A DNA stretch of 64,000 bases from the NCBI RefSeq assembly GCF_009914755.1, contig NC_060929.1; one strand, given 5' to 3'. Of this stretch, positions 25,481 through 39,907 are shown in pieces. A program made the translations under genes and the position numbers. The notes beneath the pieces were generated by a model, which did not search any database, was not told where the DNA came from, and saw only the letters and a program-made list of their open reading frames with translations. Position 1 is the stretch's first letter. Every line of letters starts with the position of its first letter. Source of the stretch: the human T2T-CHM13v2.0 reference genome, Homo sapiens.

Positions 25481-28431
25481 AGAAGACCAAAGTAGACAAG
25501 CAGGACATAGAAGCTTTTGAATACATGGAAGATGCCTAGATAAACTCTGAATCAAACCCAGACTTTGGTGTCCTGGGTATGCACATGGGGGTCAGAGCCA
25601 CTGGAATTTGAGTTATGGTTAGTCTGAATTTATTTTATGTGCAGAATCTGCCAAGATGTAGGGATATTTAGACAACAGAATTAATGACAAAACATGCAAA
25701 TAGAGTAGATGAGAAAGAAACTGAAAAAATGACGCTGGAGCAAAAGTCAGAGATCTCATCTACATTTGGAAGTCATAGGAACAATAGTTAAAACAATGAT
25801 AACGGTATATCAAAATGAGCAAGTGTCAAAGTTGGAGTCTTGAGGAATGTTTTTATTCAGATACTGGGGGAAAATGTAACAGAAAAGTAATTTGAGGAGA
25901 AGCAAAATAGAGAAATAGCAAAAATACAGAAACAATATGAGAGTATTCAAAAAAGCAAGAAAGATTTGATAGTGTTAAATTCTAAAATGAAAATAAGATA
26001 AATGCCAAGAAGAATTTGTTTAGAGGATATATAGAAACCACAAGAGAATAGCATTAGTGTGGTAGAACCTGAAACTAAATTTTATGTTGTTATAAAGGAA
26101 TTCAGATGAAACAATTTTAGATCAGGTATCACAAACATGCAGTGAAGACAGGAAAGAGAAAGGTAGGATGATTCTAACAGGTGTGTCCACCATGGAGTTT
26201 GCATTTAAACAGGCACTTATTAATTATTCAACAAATGATAACTTGATAAGTGATTAAGATTTTGACTTTTTTCGATGAGAACATTCTTTGCAATTTTTGA
26301 AAGCAGAGTGGGAGGAGCCAAAGGAAAGAGAGAAGTTGAAGTTGCTAAAGAGAGGAGGGATAATCATGAAGGCAACATATGGAGACACATAAGGAATTAG
26401 ATCTAGAGTGTAGGAAAGTATACACTTCCTTTGAAGCAGGAAGGATAGATACATCTCCCTTGATATTTCAAGGTGGAGATTAAGTTACATATAGGAGTTA
26501 GTTAATACTTGACAATTTAAATGTCCTCTGAGAGACTGGAGTCAAGGTAACTAGCAAAATATGTGGACCTTAGGTGAAACAGATTCGGAAATGACTTAAG
26601 CATTTTTGAACTTGATTATACAATGTCAGACCCACCAAAACAGGAATATTCTATTTTAAGATCTATCCTACCTCTCCTCCTTAAACTGCCACCTAAATAT
26701 GTTATTAAAAGATGGGAGCCCCCAATATAAATAAAGGAGAAGAGTTTGCAGGTTTACATTAGGCTGCTGTTGGGCAGGCAAAGGAGTGTGCAGGAGCAGG
26801 TGCCAATTTTGCCTGCTGGTGGCTTTCTACTTGAGAGCTCTGATTTTGTCCTCAACTTTTGGTTCTCACGACATAGAATGCATTCTAAATTTACAGGTGT
26901 TCAAGGCATTTCTCAGTCTTTGTTGACCTTCTTAAACTCATACAAATGACCCTGCATACACTCTGGTAAAGGTGTTTAGAGAACCTCATAAGTCCAATAT
27001 TATGTGGATGAATGAAAAATACTTATATACTACTAACTATAAAAAGATGGACATATTTTAAATTAAGCATATTTTAAATGATGTTTTTCATTTATCTTAA
27101 ATAACCTACTTTGACCTCAAATTACAATTTTATCCATCATATTTTCACTATGGAAACAACATAATAACTATATTTTAAGCTGTGAATATGCAAAATTTAC
27201 TTTAGTGACTCCAGAATGGAAAAGGCATATGAAAACCTGGCACCCAGGGAGCAGCTTCCTTACATCCAAACACATGACTGTTGGAAATAAAAATCCAAAG
27301 GAACCAAGACAGCCAAGGTAAAGAAGATGGAAATCAGTATAAAGAGAGCTATTTCTGGAGAGCTGCACTAAAATATAAAATCTGTTTTCCCATAAAAATT
27401 ATGCCATAAGTGACATCTAAAGATTTCTTGAGCAATGCTAGTTAATAAATGATTTCATAATAAGCTTTCTGGGGCCATCTTGATACTGCAACAACAATTA
27501 ATTATCCACCGTTTCTGTGCAAAACCAGAAAGGCATTCCTAATCCCAAACAAATGACTGGTAAGTGATAATAGCCCATTACAAGCCATTTTGTGATAGTC
27601 CTTAATTACACTTTGGACATAGCCAGTGGAAGACTGTAGCCTATCTCAGGAAATGGGATGGCAAGTGGATTTCTTTCCATGTGCCAACCTCAATCAGTTG
27701 GAGTAACGTGTTATAAAGTACCCTGAAATCGTGTTTTATCCAGACAAAAAAGAGTGTTGTTATGCATTATTTATGTATTTCACAGACATGCTTGAGAGTA
27801 AGATACTACCATCCATTTTAGAAGATGGGGAAAAGAAACTAATATGAATAAAGTTTCAAAAGCTGGTACATCAGCATGAAGGAGAGGTCACAGAGAAGGC
27901 AAACTGAAGGGTTTTGTTTTATCCTATCTTAATTCATGTCAGTTTGTCTTAAAAGGAAAGGCATAAAAAGGTGTAGCTGGCATGTGAAATGAGTGAGAAA
28001 TGGTGAGAACTTCCACCCAGTAACTTCATTGCTTGTGTCTCCCAGATTGATAATGACAAGGAAATAAAGGACACAGTGAGTCAACTAGAGAAGAAAGAAA
28101 GAAGTAGCAGTCTAAAAGTTCCCAAGTCAGTGCAAAGAGAAATTAAATTAAATTACCTAGAAGTCTCAATTAACTAGGAGTCTCAATTCTAGTTAAAAAA
28201 AAATTTTTTTTAAATGAAGGAAACCAATGGCCATTGGTTTTGACGTGGGGCCTGGGCCTATACAATTGATATCAACATCTAATTGCATCTTCTGATGATT
28301 TTTCTTATTATAAATGAAGTCCAAATCTAAATAAGGTATTTCTTAACAAAGCAGTAAAAAATAAAACTGTACTTTTCAGGCACTACCTGAAAGCTAAATG
28401 AGTTCAACATTTTAGTAGACAAAGGAAAAGA

Positions 28432-31400
28432 AAGATGAATAGAATACTACCTCACATCTCAATACTAACATTGAAATGTAATGGCCTAAATGCTTCACTT
28501 AAGAGATACAGAACAGCAGAATGAATAAGAATTCACCAACTAAGTACCTGCTGTCTTCAACAGACTCACCTGACACATGAGGACTCACATAAACTTAAGG
28601 TAAAGGGGTGAAAAAAGATATTCTATGCAAATGGACCCCCAAAGTGAACAGGAGTGGTTATTCTTATATCAGACAAAACGAACTTTAAAGCAGCAACAGT
28701 TAAAAAAGACAAAGAGACATTATATAATGATAAAAGATTCTAGTCCAATAGGAAAATATCACAAAATTTATATGCACCTAACATTGGAACTCCCAAATTT
28801 ATAAAACAATTACTATTAGACCTATGAAATGAGATAGACAACAACTCAATAATAGTGGGAGATTTTAATACTCCACTGACAGAACTACACAGGTCCTCAG
28901 GACAGAAAGTCAACAAAGAAACAATGGATTTAAACCATATTCTACATCAAATGGACTTAACAGATATTTATAGGACATTCCACTCAACAACTGCAGAATA
29001 TAGATTCTACTCATCAGCACATGGAACACTCTCCAACATATGATATGATAGGCCACACAACCTGTCTCAGTAAATTTAAGAAAAGTGAAATTATATCGAG
29101 TACTCTCTCAGACCACAGTGGAATAAAATTGAAAATCAACTCAAAAAGGCACCCTTAAAACCAAGAAAATACATAGAAATTAAATAACCTGCTCTTGAAT
29201 GATTGATGGGTCAACAATCAAATCAAGACGGAAATTTAAAAATTCTTTGAACTAAACAATAATAGTGACATAACCTATCAAAACTTCTAAGATACAGCAA
29301 AAGCGGTGCTAAGAAGAAAGTTCATAGTATTAAATGCCTACATCAAAAAGTCTGAAAGAGCACAAATGGACATCTAAGGTCACACCTCAAGGAACTAGAG
29401 AAACAAGAACAAACCAAATCCAAACCCAGTGTAAGAAAAGAAAAAACAAATACCAGAGCAGAAGTAAATGAAACTGAAACCAGGAAATACAAAAGATAAA
29501 TGAAACAAAGAGCCGGTTCTTTGAAAAGATAAATAAACTTGATAGACCATTAGTGAGATTAATCAAGAATAGAAGAGACAAGATCCAAATAAGCTCAATT
29601 AGAAACAAAACAGGAGATGATAGTATAACTGATATCACAGAAATACTAAAGATCATTCAAGGCTACTATGAACACCTTTACATGCACAAACTAGAAAACC
29701 TAGAGGAGATGGATAAATTTCTGGAAATATACAAGCCTCCTATATTAATCCAGGAAGAAATAGAAATTCTGAACAGACCAATAACAAGCAGCATGATTGA
29801 AATGGTAATTTAAAAAGTGCCAACAAAAAAAAGTCCAGGACCAGGTGGATTTACAGCTGGATTCTATCAGACATTTAAATAAGAATTGGTACCAATCCTA
29901 TTGACACTGTTCCACAAGATAGAGAAAGAGGGAATCCTCCCTAAATCATTATATGAAGCTGGTATCACCCTAATATCAAAGCCAGGAAAGAACACAACAA
30001 CAACAATGAAAAAAACTACAGACCAATATCCCTGATCCCTGATGAACATAGATGAAAAAGTCCTCAACAAAACAGTAGCAAACTAAATCCAACAACATCT
30101 CAAAAAGATAATCCCCCATGATCAAATGGGTTTCATACCAGAGATGTAGGGATGTCTTAACATACACAAGTCAATGAATACGATACATCACATAAACAGA
30201 ATTAGAAACAAAAATCACATGATCATCTCAACAGACATGAAAAAAGCATTTGACAAAATCCAGCATCATTTGATGATTAAAACCCTCAGCAAAACTGGCA
30301 TAGAAGGGACACACCCTAAGGTAATAAAGCCATCTATGACAAACCCACAGCCAAAATTATACTGAACAGAGAAAAGTTGAAAGAAGTCTCCCTGAGAACT
30401 GGAACAAGATAAGGATGCCTACTTTCACCACTTCTATTCAATGTAGTACTGGAAATCCTAGCCAGAGCAGTCAGACAAGAGAAAGAAATAAAGGGCATCC
30501 AAATTGGTAAAGAGGTAGTCGAACTGTCACTGTTAGCTGATGATATGATTATATATCTAGAAAACCCTAAAGACTTATCCAAAAAGATCGTAGAACTGAT
30601 AAATGAATTAAATAAAGTTTTAGGATACAAAATTAATGTACACAAGTCAGTAGCACTGCTAGACACCAACAACGACAAACCTGAATATCAAATAAGAACT
30701 CAACCCCTTTTATAATAGCTGCAAAAATAAATAAATAAAATAAGATACTTGGAAATATACCTAACCAAGAAGGGGTAAGACCTCTACATGGAAAACTACA
30801 AAACACTACTGAAAGAAATCATAGATGACACAAACAAATGCAAACATATCCTATGCTCATGAATTGGTAGAATCAATATTGTGAAAATGACCATACCATC
30901 AAAAGCAATCTACAAATTCAATGCAATTCCCATCAAAATACCACCGTCATTCTTCACAGAACTAAAAATAAAAATAAAAAATCCTAAAATTTGTGTGGAA
31001 CCAGCGCACACAGCCAAAGCAAGACTAACCAAAAAGAACAAACCAGGAGGCATCCACTACCTGACTTCAAACTATACTATAAGGCCATAGTCACCAAAAC
31101 AGCATGGTACTGGTATAAAAATAGGCACCTAGACCAATGGAACAGAATAGAGAGCCCAGAAATAAACCCGATTACTTATACCCAATTGATCTTCAACAAA
31201 GTAAATGAAAACAAAAAGTGGGGAAAAGACACCCTATTCAACAAATGGTAAGCCGCATGGGGATAATTGGCAAGCCACATGTAGAAGAAGGAAACTGGAT
31301 CCTCATCTCTCACCTTATACAAAAAAAACTGAAGATGGATCAAAAATTTAAATCTAAGACCTGGAAACATAAAAATTCTAGAAGGTAACATTGGAAAAAC

Positions 31401-32511
31401 CCTTCTAGAAATTGGTGTAGGCAAAGACTTCATGACCAATAACCCAAAAGCAAATGCAACTAAAACAAAGATAAATAGATGGGACTTCATTAAACTAAAA
31501 AGCTTCTGCACAGCAAATGAAATAATCAGCAGAGTAAACAGACAACCCACAGAGTGGGAGAAATCTTCACAATCTATACATTTGACAAAGGACTAATATC
31601 CAGAATCTACAAAGAACACAAACAAATCAGCAAGAAAAAAAATAAACAATCCCATCACAAAGTGAGCTAAGGACATGAATAGACAATTCTCAAAAGAAGA
31701 TACGTTATACAAATGACCAAGAAACATATATAAAAAAGTCCAACATCACTGATTATCAGAGAAATGAAAATCAAAACCACAATACGATACCATCTTCCTC
31801 CTGCAAGAGTGGCAATAATCAAAAATTTTAAAAAGATAATTCATATTGGCATGGATGTGATGAAAAGGGAATATTTTTACACTGCTGGTAAGCCTGTAAA
31901 CTAGCACAATCACTGTGGAAAACAGTGTGGAGATTTCTTAAATTATTAAAAGTAGATCTAACATTTGATCCAGCAACCCACTACTGGGTATCTACCCAGA
32001 GGAAAAAGGGTCATACAAAAAAAAAATACTTGCACAAGCATGTTTATAGCAGCACAATTCACAACTGCAAAAAATATGGAACCAGCCCAAATGCCCATCA
32101 ATTAACAAGTGGATAAAGAAAATGTGGTATAATTATACCATGGATTACTACTCATCCATAAAAAGGAACGAAATCATATTATTTGCCGCAACCTGGAAGA
32201 AATTGGAGACCATTATTCTCTAAGTGAAGTAACTCAGGAATGGGAACCCAAACATCGTACGTTCTCACTCATAAGTGGGAACTAAGCTGTGAGGGCACAA
32301 AGGCATGAGAATGATGCAATGGACTTTGGGGATTTGGCGGAAAGGGTGAGGGGGGTGTGAGGAGTAAAAGACTACACATTGGGTACAGTGTACACTGCTC
32401 GGGTGATGGGTGCACCAAAATCTCAAAAATCACCACTAAAGAACTTATCCTTGTAAGAAACACTACCTCTCCCCAGAAAACCTATTGAAATTCAAAAATA
32501 ATGATAAAAAA
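28432..32511 (+). mobile_element. 5'-truncated L1PB1-like LINE-1: complete but disabled ORF2 (EN, RT, C-terminus) plus 3'UTR
   Basis: ORF2 ATG at 28435 (MNRILPHISILTL). Peptides [38 protein letters not shown] and [21 protein letters not shown]-type 3'UTR ACTACACATTGGGTACAGTGTACACTGCTCGGGTGATGGGTGCACC. Many stops and frameshifts. Confidence 0.96.
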
Positions 32512-34810
32512 GATATCTCAATGTTAAAAAAGAGATAGACACAGGTTGAATTACATAATATTCATTATTAGGGAAAGAAACAAAGTAGCTACTCAAGGAA
32601 CTCAAACCTTAAAAACATACACATATTGCATTTTGTTGCATTTTTAATTTTGTTAATAAAGAGTTTTTTAAAAAAAAAAAAACTACCTAAACAAATAAAA
32701 TAAAAGATAGATAATACTTAAACTATTTGTTTCTATATGTTATTTCTTTCTATTAAAGTAAAACAAATTCTCTTGGTTGCTGGTTGGATTTTCTAACAAT
32801 GCTCATCTCTATTTCTTTGAAATCATTATGTCATGGTCAACTAAGTAGCAGTATAAAATATTTCATAAGCTAATGATAGCTTTGTGAATGAAGACAAATG
32901 GTCCACACTGCACAGATTTTTTGAAAAGTCTCTGATAATTACTCATCATTTGCTATTTTGCATATGGAAATGAAAATTTTGGTTTGCTAAATAATTACAA
33001 TTTAAAATCAAAGAAAGTGCTCAAAAGAACCTATGGTAGCAATGGAAACTATCATCCCTTATAAACTAATTGAAATAATAATTACAAATGAAAAGCAGTA
33101 AAATCAGGTGAAATAAATCTTCCCTGACAGGTACTGGTAGAATTTATACTTTACTATGGTTATTTAATCATCATGACTATATAATATACATTTAATATTT
33201 GATGATTTTTTTTGAAGTTTTTAGATTGCTCATTATCTGGAGTGTCCATTACACAAGTCTTTGCAGTTGCATAAATTGAAAATGTATACCAGTTAATTGA
33301 GCATTTGTAAATATTTAATGTTTACTCTAACAGCCCTGTGAATCTTATTTCTAATGAGTACCTTATTAGATCTCATCACATGGAGAGCTTAGTATTCTAA
33401 ACATCAAACAATAAAATTGAAATAAAATTAAAAGTAACTGCAAAGTAAACTTGCAAATCTCGTCAAAGATTGCATGTAATTTTTGTTGAGGAATTACTTG
33501 AATCATATCGAAACTACCAATCTGCACCGCAAGCGAAGATCTAACCAGCTTAGACCACTTAATTGAAAGAGAAAATCAGCAAGAATGGTGAAAGGCAAGA
33601 TGTTTTCAAAAACAATGACTCAAATATTGAAGGATCAGAAGTGGCCTTTAGGAAAATGTATAAAACTCTTGGATTTTTTTTTCATGGTCTGAGATCATAT
33701 GGCAAAAGTTACAAGTAAAATACAGCAACTACTAATGTATTACACCTTACAAATGTATAACCAAAATTACACGAAAGTTCATTATGGGAATTACAGCAAT
33801 ATTTAATCATATATATAATAAATGTAAGTTTAATTGTTCAACATATAATCCAAATTAAACATTTTGTTAGTTACAATAAAATTTTCATTTCAATTTTTAA
33901 TGGATTCTGTTGGTGACTGTATGAGGTAAAGATTATTCTCAGGTAACAAGCATTTCCTTTATGTGATTTATCTTTACCATTTCATTCAAAACCTCTTTTT
34001 GATTATTTTTTCTTTTTGTTTGAGGGCAGGTAAGGCACAATCAGTTGCTTTGTCTGCCTACATATGTTTATTTAATACAAATCATGGCAAGTCTCTTGGT
34101 AAGTTAGGGCTTCAATTCATCAAAATGTCATGTAAATTCAGGCTGACTACAGAAACAGTGGCAAAACTAGCTTAAATCTCTCTGTGTGTTACTCCTTAGA
34201 CATTAATTTACTTTAAATATGTGGAATTTTTGTGGTGGTTAATATGTGTGTTTATATTTATATATTTATAAATATTAAAGAAATTTAGTGGTATGTTATG
34301 TTAATAGAAGTTCAAATAGAATGAGAGGAAAATATTCAGCATGAGGATTTTTATAAGACTGAGAAATATATTTTTTATTTTATTGTTTGATTTTTATTAC
34401 TGTTATTTATCCTAGTGTAAAATGGTTACTTGATGAATCCCAAAAATTATATTAACATGACAAGACACATTATTGTTTTCCAGATTATATATTTTACATT
34501 TGATCTAAAACTTCTTCAAAAAATTTGGTGGACTCTTGATAATTTTCACAGTCTATAAATGTGTGTGTTTTTGTCCATTTATTAGTTTATCTGTTTTCTC
34601 ATAAGAATCAATACCTGAAGTACCACTATAATGTGAAACCATTTTATCTCAGTCAATGGACTCTCATGGAAAAGCTAAAGGAGAGTAAGAAAATCCAGAG
34701 TGGGGGGAATACTCTTATCTTTGAGACAAGGGATCTTTGTTTCTTAAAACAAATTCCTGAAAATCAGCATTTCACAGACATGCTTCTTTTTTCTTTAATT
34801 TAATAGCAGG

Positions 34811-35921
34811 TGTGGAAGTTTTTCTTCAACCGCCATAGGTTCATAGTTGAAACTGACACTATAACAAAAGATAAATTAACAAGAAAAACAAACTGAAGTT
34901 TACTTACATGTATGTTTAATATGTACATGGAAGACACCCAGCGAAAAGGTAGTTCTTAAAAACCTGGCTTTGAATTCTAACTTATATTTCATGTTCAACA
35001 AAGAACAGTGACAAGTGACACAATGAAGTAAAAGGGCTTTGAGCCTCTAGGGGTGGCAACTTGCAGAAAAGCGTATTATAGCAGATAATGGCTAGTTAGT
35101 AAAGCTTGTTAATGTAGGTTCCTTTTGAGACAGGAATAATACAGATGGTCACAGGACAATATAAAATTCCAGACAGTAGTTTCACATGATTAGCAAAAAG
35201 GAAACTGTTGAAAAAGCTGCATAAGCTAGAGGCTGACTGATAAGACCCTGAAACCAGGGTATAGGCAAAGCTGGCTAAGACTGACTGGACCCAACATGGC
35301 ACTGAATTTGACCTAGGTTTCACCTAGTACCTCATTATGTGTTTATTAACATACTAAATGATAGGCGCAACAGTTCCAAGAACACTCGTATTTGGTGTAA
35401 AAATGTGTGGCACCACAGTTCCAAGGAATCTTCAGCTTTTTCAGGAATTTTCAAAAATATTCCATCTCTTGGTTAAAGAAACCCATCAATATAGAAATCC
35501 CAAAACTCACTGAGCAACTCTCTCTCTCGAATACACCCACACTCTCCTTTCTTGAGTGTATAGTTTTGCTTTGTAATAAATCTCCATACTTTCACTATTT
35601 TTCAACTCATCCTTGAATTCCTTTTCACAACACTGACAAGAGCCTGGACATCGGTGGGGTCAAGGTCCCACTGATTTTTGGGAACCTCCTCCAGCCCATT
35701 GGTGGCACTATGGAAACATATTCAGGCCAATAAGGTTGTAAAGTTGCCATCAGTAGTTAATCTTTACTCTCCTTGGCAGAAGGGGTGTCAAGGAACCTCT
35801 TATCTTCGTATATCTATATCCTGTTTAGACAAATTGAGAGAGGACTGAGAGCTTTTCTGTATCTACTTCTTGTCTTCAGCTCAACAAGCATCTTTGGGGT
35901 GGCATATTCCGGTCTCTCACA
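34811..35921 (-). mobile_element. ERV1 solo LTR, MER34 group (host of MER41-type LTR)
   Basis: TG...CA ends. The reverse complement starts TGTGAGAGACCGGAATATGCCACCCCAAAG. Perfect TSD CAGG (34807-34810 / 35922-35925). Confidence 0.8.
35126..35707 (+). mobile_element. ERV1 solo LTR, MER41 family (MER41E-like)
   Basis: TGAGACAGGAATAATACAG...CA, 582 bp. Contains ACCTAGGTTTCACCTAG and AATAAA at 35575. TSD CTTT/CTAT. Confidence 0.75.
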
Positions 35922-38900
35922 CAGGCAGTGGCAATTTAAGAAAACATAAATAGGCCTGAAATCTCAAATTCCTTCCAATTTAGCTAATAAAGTTTTTATT
36001 GCTTATTTTATTTATTTGTTTTTATTTTAAGTTCTGGGATACATGAGCTAAATGTGCAGGTTTGTTACTTATGTATATGTGTGCCATGGTGGTTTGCTGC
36101 ACCTATCAATCCATCATCTACGTTTTAAGCTCTGCATGCATTAGGTATTTGTCCTAGTGCTCTCCCTCCCCTTTCTCCCCAGCCCCCAACAGGCCCCGGT
36201 GTGTGATGTTCCCCTCCCTGTGACCATGTGTTCTCATTTTTCACCTCCCACTTATGAGTGAGAACATGCGATGTTTGATTTTCTGTTCTTGTGTTAGTTT
36301 GCTGAGGATGATGGTTTCCAGCTTCATCCATGTCCCTGCAAAGGACATGAACTCATTGTTTTTATGGCTACATAGTATTCCATGGTATATATGTGCCACA
36401 TTTTCTTTATCCAGTCTATCATTGATGGGCATTTAGGTTACTTCCAAGTCTTTGCTATTGTAAATAGTGCTGCAATAAACATACATGTTCATGTGTCTTT
36501 ATAGTAGAATGATTTATAATCCTTTGGGTATGTACCCAGCAATGGGATTGCTGGGCCAAATATTTCTGGTTCTAGATCCTTGAGGAATTGCCACAATGTC
36601 TTCCACAATGGTTGAACTAACTTATACTCCCATCAAGAGTGTAAATGCATTCCTATTTCACCATCCTCTCCAGCATCTGTTGTTTCCAGACTTTTTAATG
36701 ATCACCATTCTAACTGGCGTAACATGGTATCTCACTGTGGTTTTGATTTGCATGTCTTTAATGACCAGTGATGCTGACCTTTTTTTTGTATGTTTGTTGG
36801 CCACATAAACGTCTTCTTTTAAGAAGTGTCTGTTCATATACTTTGCCCACTTTTTGATGGGGTTGTTTTTTCTTGTAAGTTTGTTTAGGTTCCTTGTAGA
36901 TTCTAGATATTAGCCCTCTGTCAGATGGATTGCAAAAATTTTCTCCCATTCTGTTGGTTGCCTGTTCATTCCGATGATATTTTCTTCTGCTGAGCAGAAG
37001 CTCTTTAGGTTAATTAGATCCCATTTGCCAATTTTGGCTTTGGTTGCAATTGCTTTTGGTGTTTTAATCATGAAGTCTTTGCCCATGCCTATGTCCTGAA
37101 TGGTATTGCCTAGGTTTTATTCTAGGGTTTTTATAGTTTTAGGTTTTATGTTTAAGTCTTTAATCCATCTTGAGTTAACTTCTGTATAAGATGTAAGGAA
37201 GGGGTCCAGTTTCTGTTTTCTGCATATGGATAGCCTGTTTTCCCAGCACCATTTATTGAATAGGGATTCGTTTCCCCATGGCTAGTTTTTGTCAGGTTTG
37301 TCAAAGATCAGATGGTTGTAGATGTGTGGTGTTATTTCTGAGACCTCTGTTCTGTCCCACGGTTCTATACCTCTGTTTTGGTACCAGTACCATGCTGTTT
37401 TGGTTACTGTAGCATTGTAGTATAGTTTGAAGTCAGATAGCGTGATACTTCCAGCTTTGTCCTTTTTGCTTAGGATTGTCTTGGCTATACAAGCTCTTTC
37501 TGAGTTTCATGTAAAATTAAAAGTACTTTTTTCTAATTCTGTGAAGAAAGTCAATAGTAGCTTGATGGGAACAGCAATGAACCTATAAATTACTTTGGAC
37601 AATATGGCCATTTTCACAATATTGATTCTTCCTATCCATGAGCATGGAATATTTTTCCATTAGTTTATGTCCTCTCTTATTTCCTTGAGCAGTGGTTTGT
37701 AGTTCTCCTTGAAGAGGTCCTTCACGTCCCTTGTAAGTTGGATTCCTAGGTATTTTATTTTCTTTATAGCAATTGTGAATGGGAGTTCACTCATGATTTG
37801 ACTCTCCGCTTGTCTATTATTGATGTATAGGAATACATGTGATTTTTGCACATTGATTTTGTATCCTGAGACTTTGCTGAAGTTGTTTATCAGTTTAAGG
37901 AGTTTTGGGGCTGAGATGATGGGGTTTTCTAAATATACAATCATGTCGTCTGCAAACAGAGACAATTTGACTTCCTCTCTTCATATCTGAATACATTTTA
38001 TTTCTTTGTCTTGCCTGATTGCTCTGGCCAGAATTTCCAATACTATGTTGAATAGGAATGGTGAGAGAGGGCATCCTTGCCTTGTGCCAGTTTTCAAAGG
38101 GAATGCTTCCAGCTTTTGCCCATTCAGTATGATATTGGCTATGGGTTTGTCATAAATAGCTCTTATTATTTTGAGATATGCTCCATCAATACCTATTTTA
38201 TTGAGAGTTTTTAGCATGAAGTGGTGCTGAATTTTATCAAAGGCCTTTTCTGCATCTATTGAGATAATCATGTGGTTTTTGTCATTGGTTCTGTTTATGC
38301 GATGGATTACATTTCTTGATTTGCATATGTTAAACAAGACTTGCATCCCATAGATGAAGCCAATTTGCTTGTTGTTGATAAGCTTTTTGATGTGCTGCTG
38401 GATTCGGTTTGCCAGTGTTTTATTGAGGCTTTTGCATAGATGTCCGTCCAGGATATTGGCCTGAAATTTTCTTTTTTTGTTGTGTCTCTGCCAGGTTTTG
38501 GTATCAGGATGATGCTGGCCTCATAAAATGAGTTAGGGAGGAGTCCCTCTTTTTTATTGTTTGAAATTGTTTCATAAGAAATGGTACCAGCTCCTCTTTG
38601 TACTTCTGGTAGAATTTGGCTGTGAATTTGTATGCTTTTGTGCTTTTTTTTTCATTGGTAGGCTACTAATTACTGCCTCAGTTTCAGAAATTATTATGGG
38701 TCTATTCAGGGATTTGGCTTCTTCCTCATCTAGTCTTGGGAGAGTGTATGTGTCCTGGAATTTATCAATTTCTTCTAGATTGTCTAGTTAATTTATGTAG
38801 AGGTGTTTATAGTATTCTCTGATGGTAGTTCGTATTTGTGTGGGATCACTGGTGATATCCCCTTTATCATTTTTATTGTGCCTATGTTGTTCTTCTCTGT

Positions 38901-39544
38901 TTTCTTCTTTATTAATCTGGCTAGCAGTCTATCCATTTTGTTAATCTTTTCAAAAAGAAAACAGCTCCTGGATTCAATGATTTTTTAAAGGGTTTTTCAT
39001 GTCTCTATCTCTTTCAGTTCTGCCCTGATCTTAATTATTTCTTGTCTTCAGAAAGCTTTTGAATTTATTTCGTCTTGCTTCTCTAGTTCTTTTAATTGTG
39101 ATGTTAGGGTGTCAATTTTAGATCTTTCCTGCTTTCTGATGTGGGCATTTAGTGCTATACATTTTCCTCTAAATGTATTCAATTTGCCAGTCTGTGTCTT
39201 TTAATTGTGGCATTTAGCCCATTTACATTTAAGGTTACTATTGTTATGGGTGAATTTGATCCTGTCTTCATGATGCTAGCTGGCTATTCTGCACATTAGT
39301 TGATGCAGTTTCTTCATAGTGTCGTTGGTCTTTATATTTTGGTGTGTTTTTGCAGTGGCTGATACTGGTTTTTCTTTTCCATATTTAGTGCTTCTTTCAG
39401 GAGCTCTTGTAAGGCAGGCCTGTTGGTAACAAAATCCCTCAGCATTGCTTGTCTGTAAAGGATTTTATTGCTGCTTCACTCATAAGCTTAGTCTGGCTGA
39501 ATATGAAATTCTGAGTTAAAAATTCTTTTCTTTAAGAACGTTGA

Positions 39545-39907
<363 letters not shown>

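Noticed and set aside
16990-28192. Short direct repeats (16990-17027, 25410-25480, 28157-28192) as a CRISPR-like array
   Set aside because: They are unrelated two- to three-copy tandem duplications without spacers, in eukaryotic DNA.
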